DNA of 64,000 nt from Octopus bimaculoides (Eukaryota), in the NCBI RefSeq assembly GCF_001194135.2, contig NC_068991.1, positions 69,245,984 to 69,309,983 on the forward strand, written 5' to 3'. Both the position numbers and the translations under genes were made by a program. The first letter of the stretch is position 1. Each line of letters begins with the position of its first letter. The notes beneath the pieces were generated by a model, which searched no databases, had not been told where the DNA came from, and saw only the letters and a list, made by a program, of their open reading frames with translations. Shown piece by piece: positions 27,655 to 40,095 of this stretch.

Positions 27655-27929
27655 TATCCAGGGTGTTGCGCTCACGATCGTGATATCATGATTTCAAATC
27701 CTAGACCGGTGGTGCGTTGTGGTCTTAAGCAAAACACTTCATTTCACATTATTCTGCAGTCACGTGGACAGCTGACGCGCGGTACATCGTGCACATGTTC
27801 AGACAACGTCGATTTGATGGAGGACTGAGCTAATGTACAGCCCATACATTTGATCGCTATAAACAAACCACTTGCTCTGGTCATCCGGCTAAAGCTGGAC
27901 ACTCATACTTCGTGTTCGACAGGAGAGTC
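27655..27929 (+). mobile_element. SINE family C variant with RTE-like 3' tail
   Basis: Head GCTCACGATCGTG...TTTCAAATCC resembles the 21039 copy; CORE-like GTCTTAAGCAAAACACTTCATTTCAC; ends CTCATACTTCGTGTTCGACAGGAGAGTC. Confidence 0.75.
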
Positions 27930-28425
27930 TGTTATATGTAAAAAGATGAGAAGGTCATGGTTAGAAGACCATGATTTTATAAACAGTGACCTTGGACAAC
28001 ACCTTGGCATATTAGTGAGGATATTGAAATTTAATTCGTAAGTTAATATTACGAATGAAAAGTAGAAAGTTCATTATAATTAATTTTCCGTTGTATATTA
28101 AGAACTTCACGACGTATGTGATCAGACAATCGTTGTAACAGGAAATCTGAGGAAAAGTTCAAATACGAGATCATTAAATGGCAAACGCAGTCCTAAACTT
28201 AGAGAAGTATCGTATTTATCGATGGATAGTGTAGTGTTGCAGTGGAATGGCGTAGATCATGAAGTTTGAAATAATTGTAAACTAGATATTCACTGAAAAT
28301 GTACATGCTATACACTACCTGTATGCGCGCGCACACACGCATGCACACACAACAAAATGGGCTTCTCATATGTATACATGAATATATACACAAATATATA
28401 TACACATGTATATATATGTACATAT

Positions 28426-28459
<34 letters not shown>

Positions 28460-29150
28460 NNNNNNNNNNNNNNNNNNNNNNNNNNNNNNNNNNNNNNNNN
28501 NNNNNNNNNNNNNNNNNNNNNNNNNNNNNNNNNNNNNNNNNNNNNNNNNNNNNNNNNNNNNNNNNNNNNNNNNNNNNNNNNNNNNNNNNNNNNNNNNNNN
28601 NNNNNNNNNNNNNNNNNNNNNNNNNNNNNNNNNNNNNNNNNNNNNNGTGTGTGTGTGTGTGTGTGGGTGTGTGTGTGTGTATGTGTGTATGTATATAGGG
28701 AGAAAGAGCACGATAGAGGGTGAGATGGAGTGGGAGAGAAAGAGAGGAGAGAAAGGGTGGTAGCTGAGAAAGAGAAGGAAAGATAAATATATGGATATAG
28801 ATATAGATATACACATGTATATATATATACATATATATATATGTATGTATATATTTCTCTTTCTCCCTCTCTGTCTCTCCCTCTATGTATCTGCCTATCT
28901 GTCTGTTTATATGCACATAAAAAGAAACATGTATACATGTACATTGGAGGAGGGATGGATAGAAAGAGAGAAATTGGAAAATAGAAGTGGAGGTGCTAGA
29001 TACAATTATTGGTTGATGCTTCATTTGCAATATTTCGTAAAGCATGTAACAATTGAGATATGCATTCGAGTGGAAAGAACGATAACTAACGAGACAGACA
29101 GACATGCGTGTTGCAAGGCTTGTGATACGTCATCAACGATGTTTTATATA

Positions 29151-29352
29151 TTCTTTTAATCTGTTATTTGCTTCAGCCACTTGACTGTGGTCATGCTGGA
29201 GTATCGCCTTTAGCCGAACAATTCGAACAAAGTAACTATTCTTTGCAAGTAAGCCTAGTACTGATTCTATCGCTCAAATTTTGTCGAACCGCCGTTGTTA
29301 CGGGGACATAAACACGCCAACATCGGTTTGTCAAGTGATAGAATGGACAACA
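29151..29352 (-). mobile_element. SINE family A, 3' half
   Basis: CTTGACTGTGGTCATGCTGGAGTATCGCC...GCCTAGTACTGATTCTATCG...CGGGGACATAAACACGCCAACATCGGTTTGTCAAG. Confidence 0.85.
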
Positions 29353-29431
29353 AAAGAAAGAAAGAGACCTCGATATTATGTAAGTATAGGAATTTATCTG
29401 TAAAAATATGTGGCACTTATTCGGTAGCCAT

Positions 29432-29492
29432 GATAAAACTTCGAGTTTCGGATGCCGGGGTAGGAACCCACGCCAACATCTCTTCAGTTATC
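29432..29492 (-). ncRNA. Minimal type-I hammerhead ribozyme motif, canonical core (Penelope-like-element type)
   Basis: Minus strand reads GAUAA CUGAAGA [GAUGUUGG cGUGG guuc UAC c CCGGCAUC c] GAAA CUcgaAG U U UUAUC. Stem I GAUAA/UUAUC is 5 bp. Core CUGANGA and GAAA are intact. Stem II is 8 bp plus an inner extension, with one extra C. Stem III is near-palindromic (AACUCGAAGUU). The cleavage triplet is GUU. Confidence 0.8.
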
Positions 29493-30067
29493 CGGGCATT
29501 GAAAATTCCTGTGAAAAATGACCGTTAAACAAAGGGAAATTACTGTGTGGTTGACTGTTATTAAGACAAAAGAGTTATAGACCGTTAAGTAAGGGTAAGG
29601 GGTAAAGGTAAGGGAGTAGAAAAGTCTATAGTGTTCGCGAAAGCTCATCAATCCGTACGTTCGCCTATATGTATATACTAAACCACACTCGCTTGGAACA
29701 TACATGCTCACCCACATACTCGCCAAAACTATACATATATGTATATATGGGTGTGTAAGCGGACATATATATATCCGCTTACACACCAACACACACGCCC
29801 TCAACAACCTCGCACCCATACACACGCACGCAAAAGAAACCATAGGGCTAAAAGCAAAATACAGAAGAAAGTGTGAAAAATCTATAAGGTTAAAACGCGT
29901 CTATATGCGCATATTTTCGCATGCACGCACATACATCTATATACACACGTACCCATTTGCGTGCGTGTGTATGGGTGCGACGTTGTTGAGTGCGTGTGTT
30001 GGGGGAGGGTATGCGGGTATATATATGTATATGTACATATATGTATAGTTTTTGGAGAGTATGTGCA

Positions 30068-30364
30068 TTGATTTGTTAGACGGAAACTGAAAGAAGCCCA
30101 TCGTATCTATATATGTGTGTGTGTGTGCATGCGTGTGTGCACGTGTGTGTGTGCACGTGTGTCTGTGTTTGTCCCCCCAACATCACTTGACAATCGATGC
30201 TGGTGTGTTTACGTCCCCGTCACTTAGCGGTTCTGCTTGAGAGACTGATAGAATAAGTACTAGGCTTACAATGGATACGTCCTGGGGTTGATTTAATCGA
30301 CAAACGGTGGTGCTCCAGCATGGCCACAGTCAAATGACTGAAACAGATAAAAGAATAAAAGAAT
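30068..30364 (+). mobile_element. SINE family A, 5'-truncated
   Basis: GATTTGTTAGACGGAAACTGAAAGAAGCCC, then (TG)n, then CCCCCCAACATCACTTGACAATCGATG...GGTGCTCCAGCATGGCCACAGTCAAATGACTGAAACAGATAAAAGAATAAAAGAATA. Confidence 0.9.
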
Positions 30365-30750
30365 ATACATATATATCAAGTAAAAGGAGGCAGTCAGAAT
30401 TTTGGATAACTGTTTATTTGCGCATTCGTCAGTACAATAGAACTCTTCATATAATGTTCTACAGAAAATTTGTTTAGCCTTTTATACAAATTCATATTTC
30501 ACAATTGCGACTCTACTTACTTAAGAATCACTTTTAGAATCCTCAAAACGTAATGTGTATATTTACAAATATGTGAATATGTTTATAATAAGAGAGAAAC
30601 TGTTAGAGAGAAAGAGATGCTTTCAAAAACAAAGACTGACGTGTAATTAAATTTCCACAAGTTCACCACAATCAATACAATATAATTGAAAACAAGCCTC
30701 TTTCTCACTCTCTCTTCATTTCTCATTCATTTTACTGTTTGTTTTCTTTC

Positions 30751-30814
30751 TCTTACTGTCTTTCCTTCTTACTGTCTTTCCTTCTTACTGTCTTTCCTTC
30801 TTACTGTCTTTCAC
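30751..30814. repeat. 16-bp tandem repeat, 4 copies
   Basis: TCTTACTGTCTTTCCT at 30751, 30767, 30783 and 30799 (last copy ends CAC). Confidence 0.9.
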
Positions 30815-32059
30815 TCTTGCTCCCTTTCTCTAAAAATAATAATAATAATAATAATTAATATCTTCAAAGGTCATTTAGAGTCAACCACGTGTTAGAAAAA
30901 GACTATCCCAAAATACAAGCTTCCTTCACTTCTTTTCTCTGTCTCTGTATTCTCCTGTATCCTTCTCTCTGTCCTTCTCTCCTCCCTCTTTTCTCTTTCT
31001 CCTTTTCTAAACAAAACCATACAAAACAACATCCTTTTTTCGGTATGTATAAAAGAATAAAGAGATTTTCTATACGACATATCCAAAATTCTGATGGCCT
31101 CCATTTTCTTAATATACAATATCTACACAACACTTCAAACACTCTACACACTGGCACGCACGCACACAGACACACACACACACACACACACACATACACA
31201 CACACACACGCGCACACGCACACACTCACACACATATATATGTCTGTATATATATATATATATATATATANNNNNNNNNNNNNNNNNNNNNNNNNNNNNN
31301 NNNNNNNNNNNNNNNNNNNNNNNNNNNNNNNNNNNNNNNNNNNNNNNNNNNNNNNNNNNNNNNNNNNNNNNNNNNNNNNNNNNNNNNNNNNNNNNNNNNN
31401 NNNNNNNNNNNNNNNNNNNNNNNNNNNNNNNNNNNNNNNNNNNNNNNNNNNNNNNNNNNNNNNNNNNNNNNNNNNNNNNNNNNNNNNNNNNNNNNNNNNN
31501 NNNNNNNNNNNNNNNNNNNNNNNNNNNNNNNNNNNNNNNNNNNNNNNNNNNNNNNNNNNNNNNNNNNNNNNNNNNNNNNNNNNNNNNNNNNNNNNNNNNN
31601 NNNNNNNNNNNNNNNNNNNNNNNNNNNNNNNNNNNNNNNNNNNNNNNNNNNNNNNNNNNNNNNNNNNNNNNNNNNNNNNNNNNNNNNNNNNNNNNNNNNN
31701 NNNNNNNNNNNNNNNNNNNNNNNNNNNNNNNNNNNNNNNNNNNNNNNNNNNNNNNNNNNNNNNNNNNNNNNNNNNNNNNNNNNNNNNNNNNNNNNNNNNN
31801 NNNNNNNNNNNNNNNNNNNNNNNNNNNNNNNNNNNNNNNNNNNNNNNNNNNNNNNNNNNNNNNNNNNNNNNNNNNNNNNNNNNNNNNNNNNNNNNNNNNN
31901 NNNNNNNNNNNNNNNNNNNNNNNNNNNNNNNNNNNNNNNNNNNNNNNNNNNNNNNNNNNNNNNNNNNNNNNNNNNNNNNNNNNNNNNNNNNNNNNNNNNN
32001 NNNNNNNNNNNNNNNNNNNNNNNNNNNNNNNNNNNNNNNNNNNNNNNNNNNNNNNNNNN

Positions 32060-32090
<31 letters not shown>

Positions 32091-33317
32091 CAGACACACA
32101 ATATATATATATACATATATATATACACATACTTGAGCACACACCACAAATACATATATTAATAACTTTGAATATGGCTGTAATATGTACAATCAGAATG
32201 ATATTGCGAATTGTTCTTGATATGAAATTTCCTCTGCTGTGTCACTTTTGGTGCTCTCTGCCAATTAAAATATGAAGAAAATTCATATACTTATCATTTT
32301 GTGTTCTAGTTCTCTTCTTCAATCTACCAAACTTACGCACAAACACCTTAGCTAAAACAACTGTGCTTCAGAAATCTATACTTATATTCATGCATATATA
32401 CCACGGCCCCAAATGCAGACATATCAACCCACATAGATACAATTTGTTATAAGAGTTAGTCAGATAATTGTTAGAGTAAAAAATGTCGGATAGAATGTTT
32501 CGCGTTATACGTATTTCGTTGAGTACAAGCCCCACGAAACGCTACTTTTCTGTATTCAAAGTTTCTATGCTAATAAATATACAACTAAACTATTGTAGCG
32601 AATTGGTACAACTTGTCAAGGAATCAAAATTGCTTCGTTTCGATACCCGTCCCTTTTACCGCTTTGAATGTAAATTTTACCCTATTGTTAGAGGCCATAT
32701 TTCGGGGTATGGTGTCCCTTGCTGGGTATCTAACCGTAATAAACCATCAACATACAGGGAAATGCAGTAGCGCATGCAACAATATCTTTGTTAAAGCAAT
32801 AGAAAAATAAAACGGGTGGACCATCCATAAATATGCAAATACAAACATTCATTAGAAATGTGTATATGTGTTTGCGTGGATATGTGTGTGCATGCATATG
32901 TCCATCTCTCCCTCACTTTTCCCCCCTCTTTCTACCTGCAAAGGTGTGTGTGTGTATGTGTTCAAATCTGTAGATCAGACTGGATTGACAGAACTCAAAA
33001 CACGCTATGCACATAACATAATCGGTCCATGATTATTTATAAATACATGTATGTGCGTCTTTGTGATTTCGTCCGTGCGTGTATATACGTATGTGAACAA
33101 GATGTAAATGAATAACCAACACCCACTCGTGNNNNNNNNNNNNNNNNNNNNNNNNNNNNNNNNNNNNNNNNNNNNNNNNNNNNNNNNNNNNNNNNNNNNN
33201 NNNNNNNNNNNNNNNNNNNNNNNNNNNNNNNNNNNNNNNNNNNNNNNNNNNNNNNNNNNNNNNNNNNNNNNNNNNNNNNNNNNNNNNNNNNNNNNNNNNN
33301 NNNNNNNNNNNNNNNNN

Positions 33318-33583
33318 GGGGACGTAAATACACCAGCATCGGTTGTCAAGCGATGTTGGGGGGGGGGACAAACACAGACACACAAATACATACACACATT
33401 CATATATATATATATATACATATATACGACTGTCTTCTTTCAGTTTCCGTCTACCAAATCCACTCACAAGGCTTTGGTCGGCCCGAGGCTACAGTAGAAG
33501 ACACTTGCCCAAGGTGCCACACAGTGGGTTTGAACCCGGAACCATGTGGTTGGTAAGCAAGCTACTTACCACACAGCCACTCC
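33318..33583 (-). mobile_element. SINE family A, 5' part (3' part lost in N-gap)
   Basis: GGGGACGTAAATACACCAGCATCGG...(CA/TA)n...CCCAAGGTGCC...CTACTTACCACACAGCCACTCCT. Confidence 0.9.
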
Positions 33584-35484
33584 TGTGCCTATTTACACGT
33601 ATATCTGTTTGCGTGTGTGCTTGTGTGTGTGTGTATGTGTTCAAATCTGTAGATCAGACTGGATTGACAGAACTCAAAACACGCTATGCACATAACATAA
33701 TCGGTCCATGATTATTTATAAATACATGTATGTGCGTCTTTGTGATTTCGTCCGTGCGTGTATATACGTATGTGAACAAGATGTAAATGAATAACCAACA
33801 CCCACTCGTGGATGAATAGCTTCTCTTAATAGAATGTTTGGTGTCAATGTCGGACCAATGGTTTCTTACTGACTCTTTGCAGTTATTGAACCGCAGATTG
33901 TTTGCCTTGCAAGTATGGCTCCTATGTCAGGCTTATTCAAATTGCAGTTGAATACTTGCAAAGATTCATCATGAATCACTTACAACACCTATCATTCATT
34001 ACACACACATTCACATACCCATATACAAAGATATATAAGTATATGTTCCTCTCTCTTTCCCTACACACACATACACACATATAGGTATATATATANNNNN
34101 NNNNNNNNNNNNNNNNNNNNNNNNNNNNNNNNNNNNNNNNNNNNNNNNNNNNNNNNNNNNNNNNNNNNNNNNNNNNNNNNNNNNNNNNNNNNNNNNNNNN
34201 NNNNNNNNNNNNNNNNNNNNNNNNNNNNNNNNNNNNNNNNNNNNNNNNNNNNNNNNNNNNNNNNNNNNNNNNNNNNNNNNNNNNNNNNNNNNNNNNNNNN
34301 NNNNNNNNNNNNNNNNNNNNNNNNNNNNNNNNNNNNNNNNNNNNNNNNNNNNNNNNNNNNNNNNNNNNNNNNNNNNNNNNNNNNNNNNNNNNNNNNNNNN
34401 NNNNNNNNNNNNNNNNNNNNNNNNNNNNNNNNNNNNNNNNNNNNNNNNNNNNNNNNNNNNNNNNNNNNNNNNNNNNNNNNNNNNNNNNNNNNNNNNNNNN
34501 NNNNNNNNNNNNNNNNNNNNNNNNNNNNNNNNNNNNNNNNNNNNNNNNNNNNNNNNNNNNNNNNNNNNNNNNNNNNNNNNNNNNNNNNNNNNNNNNNNNN
34601 NNNNNNNNNNNNNNNNNNNNNNNNNNNNNNNNNNNNNNNNNNNNNNNNNNNNNNNNNNNNNNNNNNNNNNNNNNNNNNNNNNNNNNNNNNNNNNNNNNNN
34701 NNNNNNNNNNNNNNNNNNNNNNNNNNNNNNNNNNNNNNNNNNNNNNNNNNNNNNNNNNNNNNNNNNNNNNNNNNNNNNNNNNNNNNNNNNNNNNNNATAT
34801 ATATACGCACATTTATGTATTTGAATGAAGACGTACGTTTATAACGATGGAATACAAAAAGCTGTATGAAACTTCATAGGTTGAACACATAGATTCTATA
34901 CGCAGCAAGTAATTTCTCTCAATTTTTATCAGCAAACAACAAAACAAACCACACATCAAACCACATCACACTTCTATATTTATGCACACATACCTACACA
35001 AATTCACGCTTCGCCCACAAACAAATATTTCATGTCGCAATGAAGGACAAATATTATTTAGAGTTTGCAATACGTTATACGACATTGCTGTTTAGGGGGT
35101 ATTTTTTGATGTCGCTATTACTGGTTCTCAATAATATGCTATTCAAACACCATACACTCCTATCTACTCTCCACATTTTTTTTTTATATTCTCTATCATA
35201 TTCTACCCTCTTCTTCTATTCTAATCTATTCTATTTTATTCTATTCAATTACACTTTCTTTACGCATGCTTTAAAAAATGCTACGAATATTAATCAATAT
35301 GGTCGCATTACATCCAAACTCACTACGCATTAACTACAAGGTCATTGCGCTTACGTCACTTCCTGAACAGAATTAAAAGCTTGTTAGCAAAACTTTTTCC
35401 CCATTGATTATTTAAAAACTCACGCAGACACACGCATTCAATTCATACATACATTCATGCATACATATCCATTTATATATGCCT

Positions 35485-35539
<55 letters not shown>

Positions 35540-36532
35540 TATGTATATGTATATGTATATGTATATATATGTTGTTATTTATTTATTTATATACTTCTCT
35601 ATTTTCTTCTCCAATAAAATAAAGAAGACACTCACTCTACAGAGCCATTAACCGATTATCAGAAAATAGCCGTGCTAGGTTCGCCTTCAGGACAGCTACC
35701 TTAAAATACACTTAAAACCGCAAATATGCATTCTGAATTCTTATTTTTCCGTTGGAAGGTTCAAATTGCATCAGAAATCAACTTGCAGAAGTAAACTGAT
35801 TCATGAGAGGTGTGTATTTTTAAATTTCTCTTTTATATTTTTGTACACGCATTTTTTATTTTTTTTATTTCTAATTTTTCTTTCTCATATTTTCTATCTT
35901 TTTTTTTCTCCCCCCCCCCCCGTTTAGTCTTCCATATTTTTTTCATAACCTGCTGTTATGCTGTGTATCCGTTTCTTTCTACTCTTCTTTCTTGCGTTAT
36001 AATTTCTTTTCATTTTTTTCTTCTTCTTTTTCTTCTCTCTGTCAGTCTGCAGTTCTCATTCGCTCCATTGCATTCACTCACTCCTTTACCCTACATATAC
36101 TTCAATCTCCTTCCTTCCTTCCTTCTTTCTTTCTCTCTCCATTTCTCCTCACACCACTCCCAGTTTCCTTTCTCCACTCCGACACCACTACCTCAGATAA
36201 ATCACCTTGGATATCCACGAGCGTCTTAGCATCATGTTCGATGCGGCATTCTTTTTGCCTTACCATCTCCTGGTGCTGTGGTTCTTGTTATTGTGTTGTT
36301 GTTGGTGTTGTTGTTGCTGTTGTTCGCGCTGATGCTAGTCATTGTGTACCTTGTGATCATGTGTGTGTATATGTATATACATATACATGTATATATGTAT
36401 GTATATACATACACGCAGATATGTATATGTATACACGCATATTCATACATATATACATACATATATATATATATACACATACATGTATATATACATATAT
36501 ATATATACATATACATATATATATATGCATAC

Positions 36533-36609
<77 letters not shown>

Positions 36610-37039
36610 NNNNNNNNNNNNNNNNNNNNNNNNNNNNNNNNNNNNNNNNNNNNNNNNNNNNNNNNNNNNNNNNNNNNNNNNNNNNNNNNNNNNNNNNNNN
36701 NNNNNNNNNNNNNNNNNNNNNNNNNNNNNNNNNNNNNNNNNNNNNNNNNNNNNNNNNNNNNNNNNNNNNNNNNNNNNNNNNNNNNNNNNNNNNNNNNNNN
36801 NNNNNNNNNNNNNNNNNNNNNNNNNNNNNNNNNNNNNNNNNNNNNNNNNNNNNNNNNNNNNNNNNNNNNNNNNNNNNNNNNNNNNNNNNNNNNNNNNNNN
36901 NNNNNNNNNNNNNNNNNNNNNNNNNNNNNNNNNNNNNNNNNNNNNNNNNNNNNNNNNNNNNNNNNNNNNNNNNNNNNNNNNNNNNNNNNNNNNNNNNNNN
37001 NNNNNNNNNNNNNNNNNNNNNNNNNNNNNNNNNNNNNNN

Positions 37040-37270
37040 NNGAAACACCGTCATCGCCAATGTCAAACCCACCACCACCACAACCACCACCACCACCACC
37101 ACCACCACAACCACCACCACCACCACCACAACCAACACCACCACCACAACCATTCAGTACCACCAATGACGTTACTAACGCAATCATCATCATCATCCTC
37201 ACCTACACTATCCCTACCAACACCATAATCATAGCCTCAACAACAACAACCGCCCTCACCACAACCAACA
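37040..37270. repeat. (ACC)n/(AAC)n microsatellite
   Basis: Visible directly. Confidence 0.9.
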
Positions 37271-37921
37271 CCGCCGTCGGTAACATCTTCACTACTTTGA
37301 AGCTCTTTAAAGCCCGCCCTTCACACCAAAAACTTCACAATTCCGTAATCGATATTAAACCTAGTTCTACCATCATAACAACCAACAAGAATAGCTTACC
37401 ATTTATACATGCAAGTACTGCATATGGAAGAACTGTAACCTGTTTCTCCACTAACAACAACGACAACAACAACACTATGCGATGAGCCAGCAACGGTTCA
37501 ATACATGGTGGAAGAACCTGCTAGAAATAGTAGCCAAGTAGCCCACAGATCATACATACAGCAGCATCTAGAAACGAAAGTAGGTGCTCATCGTTATGAA
37601 TTGAGTGCAATTTTATCATAAGTCTCTTAGATCAACTTTTGTTTATCATTAACTACAATAACAACAACAACAACGATACAAGATGGTTGATGATGAAGAC
37701 ATCCACAGCGTCGACCACAGAAATGGCATTAATAAGACAGCAAAGAATTAAAAGTCACTTCGCTATTAATAAGATCACTAACAATCAATACATCTGAATC
37801 GGAAGCTCAGTGGAGTAGTTAGTCGCGTTACTTAATCTATAGCCACAAAGGGAGAGAGGGAGAGAGAGAAGGTGGGGATAAAGGTGGGGATGAGGGTGAG
37901 GGAATGGGTAGACGAAGATGA

Positions 37922-37961
<40 letters not shown>

Positions 37962-37962
<1 letters not shown>

Positions 37963-39195
37963 AAGTGAAAGTCGCTTCGACCCCGGCGCTAGTTCAAGTA
38001 ATGCGTAAAGACGCGTGCTTAAATATTGATTTCTAGTACAGGCACAATGCCATGAATTCGGGGAAGGGAACAGTCGATTAGATCAACCCCCATGACTAGA
38101 ATGGCACTAAATTTATCGACTCAGAGAGTAAAAAAAAAAAAAATAAAAAAAAAATTCGAAGTGAACCATAGTAGTATTTGAACTTGGGACGCACCGGAAT
38201 GAAACTTAACAACAAGAATAGTTTCATATGAAAAGTTTCCTGTTTCTCCATCGGACGTCATATTAATAGACACGCGCATGCGTCCACACATGCATACACA
38301 ACCATTAGTATGTTCTGCATTAACCAGAGAACCATATTTTAAAAAAATCTTTTTGTGTCGAAAGGTTCGTCGATTATAACCAATTATATTTAACAACTTG
38401 ACTGGTATTTATTTTATCGACCGTGAATGGATGAGAGACAAAGTTGACATCGGTCGGATTTGAACTTGAAGATCCAAAAAAAGCAAATGTTGTTAAAGAT
38501 ATTCTCCGAGGAGAGAACGATTGTGCCAGCCCGCTGCCTTTTACTTTTTTAACAAAGCTTTCTAAAATAGGGTGAGAGAAATAGTCAATTATATCCGTCT
38601 CTGTGCTCCTCTGGTGTTCATTTGATCTAACCGAGCGGTAAAGGACAAAGTAAGCCGGCCTCAGCGGTATTTCAACTCTGAATATAATGACGGACGAAAA
38701 ATCGTTAATCATTTTGTCCGGTGTGCAAACGATTTTGTCCGCTCGCCGGCTGTGCTGCTTTTTAATAAAGAGGATTTCATATTTTAGTACAGGGACAGCA
38801 ATTTTGGGAGGAAGGGAATTCGATTACACAGACCCCTGTTATCAACTGGTACATATTTTATTCACTCCATGATTATGAAAGGTAAAAATCGATTTTGAAG
38901 GCATTTGAGTGCTGGAGGAAATGCCGCATTTTGTTCGACGCACTACATATTCAGCACGCCCACCCCTGTTCTCAGGATTAGCAATAACGGTGTCAAATTT
39001 TGATGCGTGGCCGATAGTTTTAATGGGAGGATTTTTCTTGATTATTTGACTGATACTTAATTTTATCGACTCCGAAAGGATGAAGGGCAAAGTTGACATC
39101 TTCAGGATTTGTTCTTAGAACATAAAGATCTGGAGCAAACGAAGCAAGGCCTTCTGTTTTTTCAGTGCTCTAATGAATCTGTTTGCTTACCGCCT
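37962..39195 (-). mobile_element. Cluster of about 5 decayed, co-oriented SINE family B copies
   Basis: Recurrent rc-B motifs (AGTCGATTA..., CTGGTA.TTA.TTTATCGAC..GAA.GGATGAA.GGCAAAGT.GAC...GATTTGAAC) near 38080, 38400, 38580, 38820 and 39050. Confidence 0.7.
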
Positions 39196-39499
39196 GACGT
39201 TTTGGCAGATAACCAGCAATTTTGACGCTGGAATTTGAGTGATACTCTAATTTAACGACACTCGCAATAGGTATGAAAAAGCTCGCCGGCTGTTTGTCTA
39301 CAAATGTTTTGCACTTTTGCCCCCACATATGGTTTTTGCAACATCTACCCTATAACGTTATCAATCGTTAGATGGATTTCTAAAATCTATATGCATTGAG
39401 TTATTCAATACCTTTGAGAAAAGGAAAAATAATAAACATAGGACCAATAATAGGACACATTACTCTTTCAAAATACTTGGTTTTAATTTATCAAGTTAA

Positions 39500-39730
39500 A
39501 TGGGACTCGCGGAGAGTGAGAAGTATCTCGGGCAAAATGCTTAGCGGTATTTCGTCTGCCGTTACGTTCTGAGTTCAAATTCTGCCGAGGTTGACTTTGC
39601 CTTTCATCCTTTCGAGTCGATTAAATAAGTAACACTTAGGCACTGAAGTCGATGTAATCGACTTAATCCATTTGTCTATGCGTGTTTGTCCCCTCTATGT
39701 TTATCCTCCTGTAGGCAATTATAAATAAAT
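39500..39730 (+). mobile_element. SINE family B (tRNA head, conserved central domain GCCTTTCATCCTTTCG(G)GTCGATTAAATAAGTA), tail type 1
   Basis: B-box GAGTTCAAATTC; central domain; tail TTTGTCCCCTCTATGTTTATCCTCCTGTAGGCAAT. Confidence 0.85.
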
Positions 39731-39879
39731 ATTATGAAAAGAAATTAGAAGTTAATATATTAACATATGTTATGCCTAAATAATGTGCTTGGTTATTTTG
39801 ATTTGAAAGAATATAAGATAAGATTAAAATATCCCGCAGATATGTGTAGTTGAAATAATTACCTATACTGAGGTATAAT

Positions 39880-40095
39880 ATCGGTTTCAAAATTGGCCAC
39901 AACGCCAGTAATTTATAGGGAAGTCGCAAGTCGATTTCATAGAACTTGGTGTTCAACTGGCACTTTTTTTATCGACCACGAAATGATGAAAGGTAACGTC
40001 GACCTCGGCGGAATGTGAACTCAGAACGCAAAGACAGACGAACTGCCGCGATACATTTTGCCCGGCGCAGTGGCGATTCTGTCAGCTAGCTGCCT
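39880..40095 (-). mobile_element. SINE family B, inverted relative to the 39500 copy
   Basis: GTCGACCTCGGCGGAATGTGAACTCAGAACGCAAAGACAGACGAA...TTTTGCCCGGCGC...GATTCTGTCAGCT is the reverse complement of the head. Confidence 0.85.
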
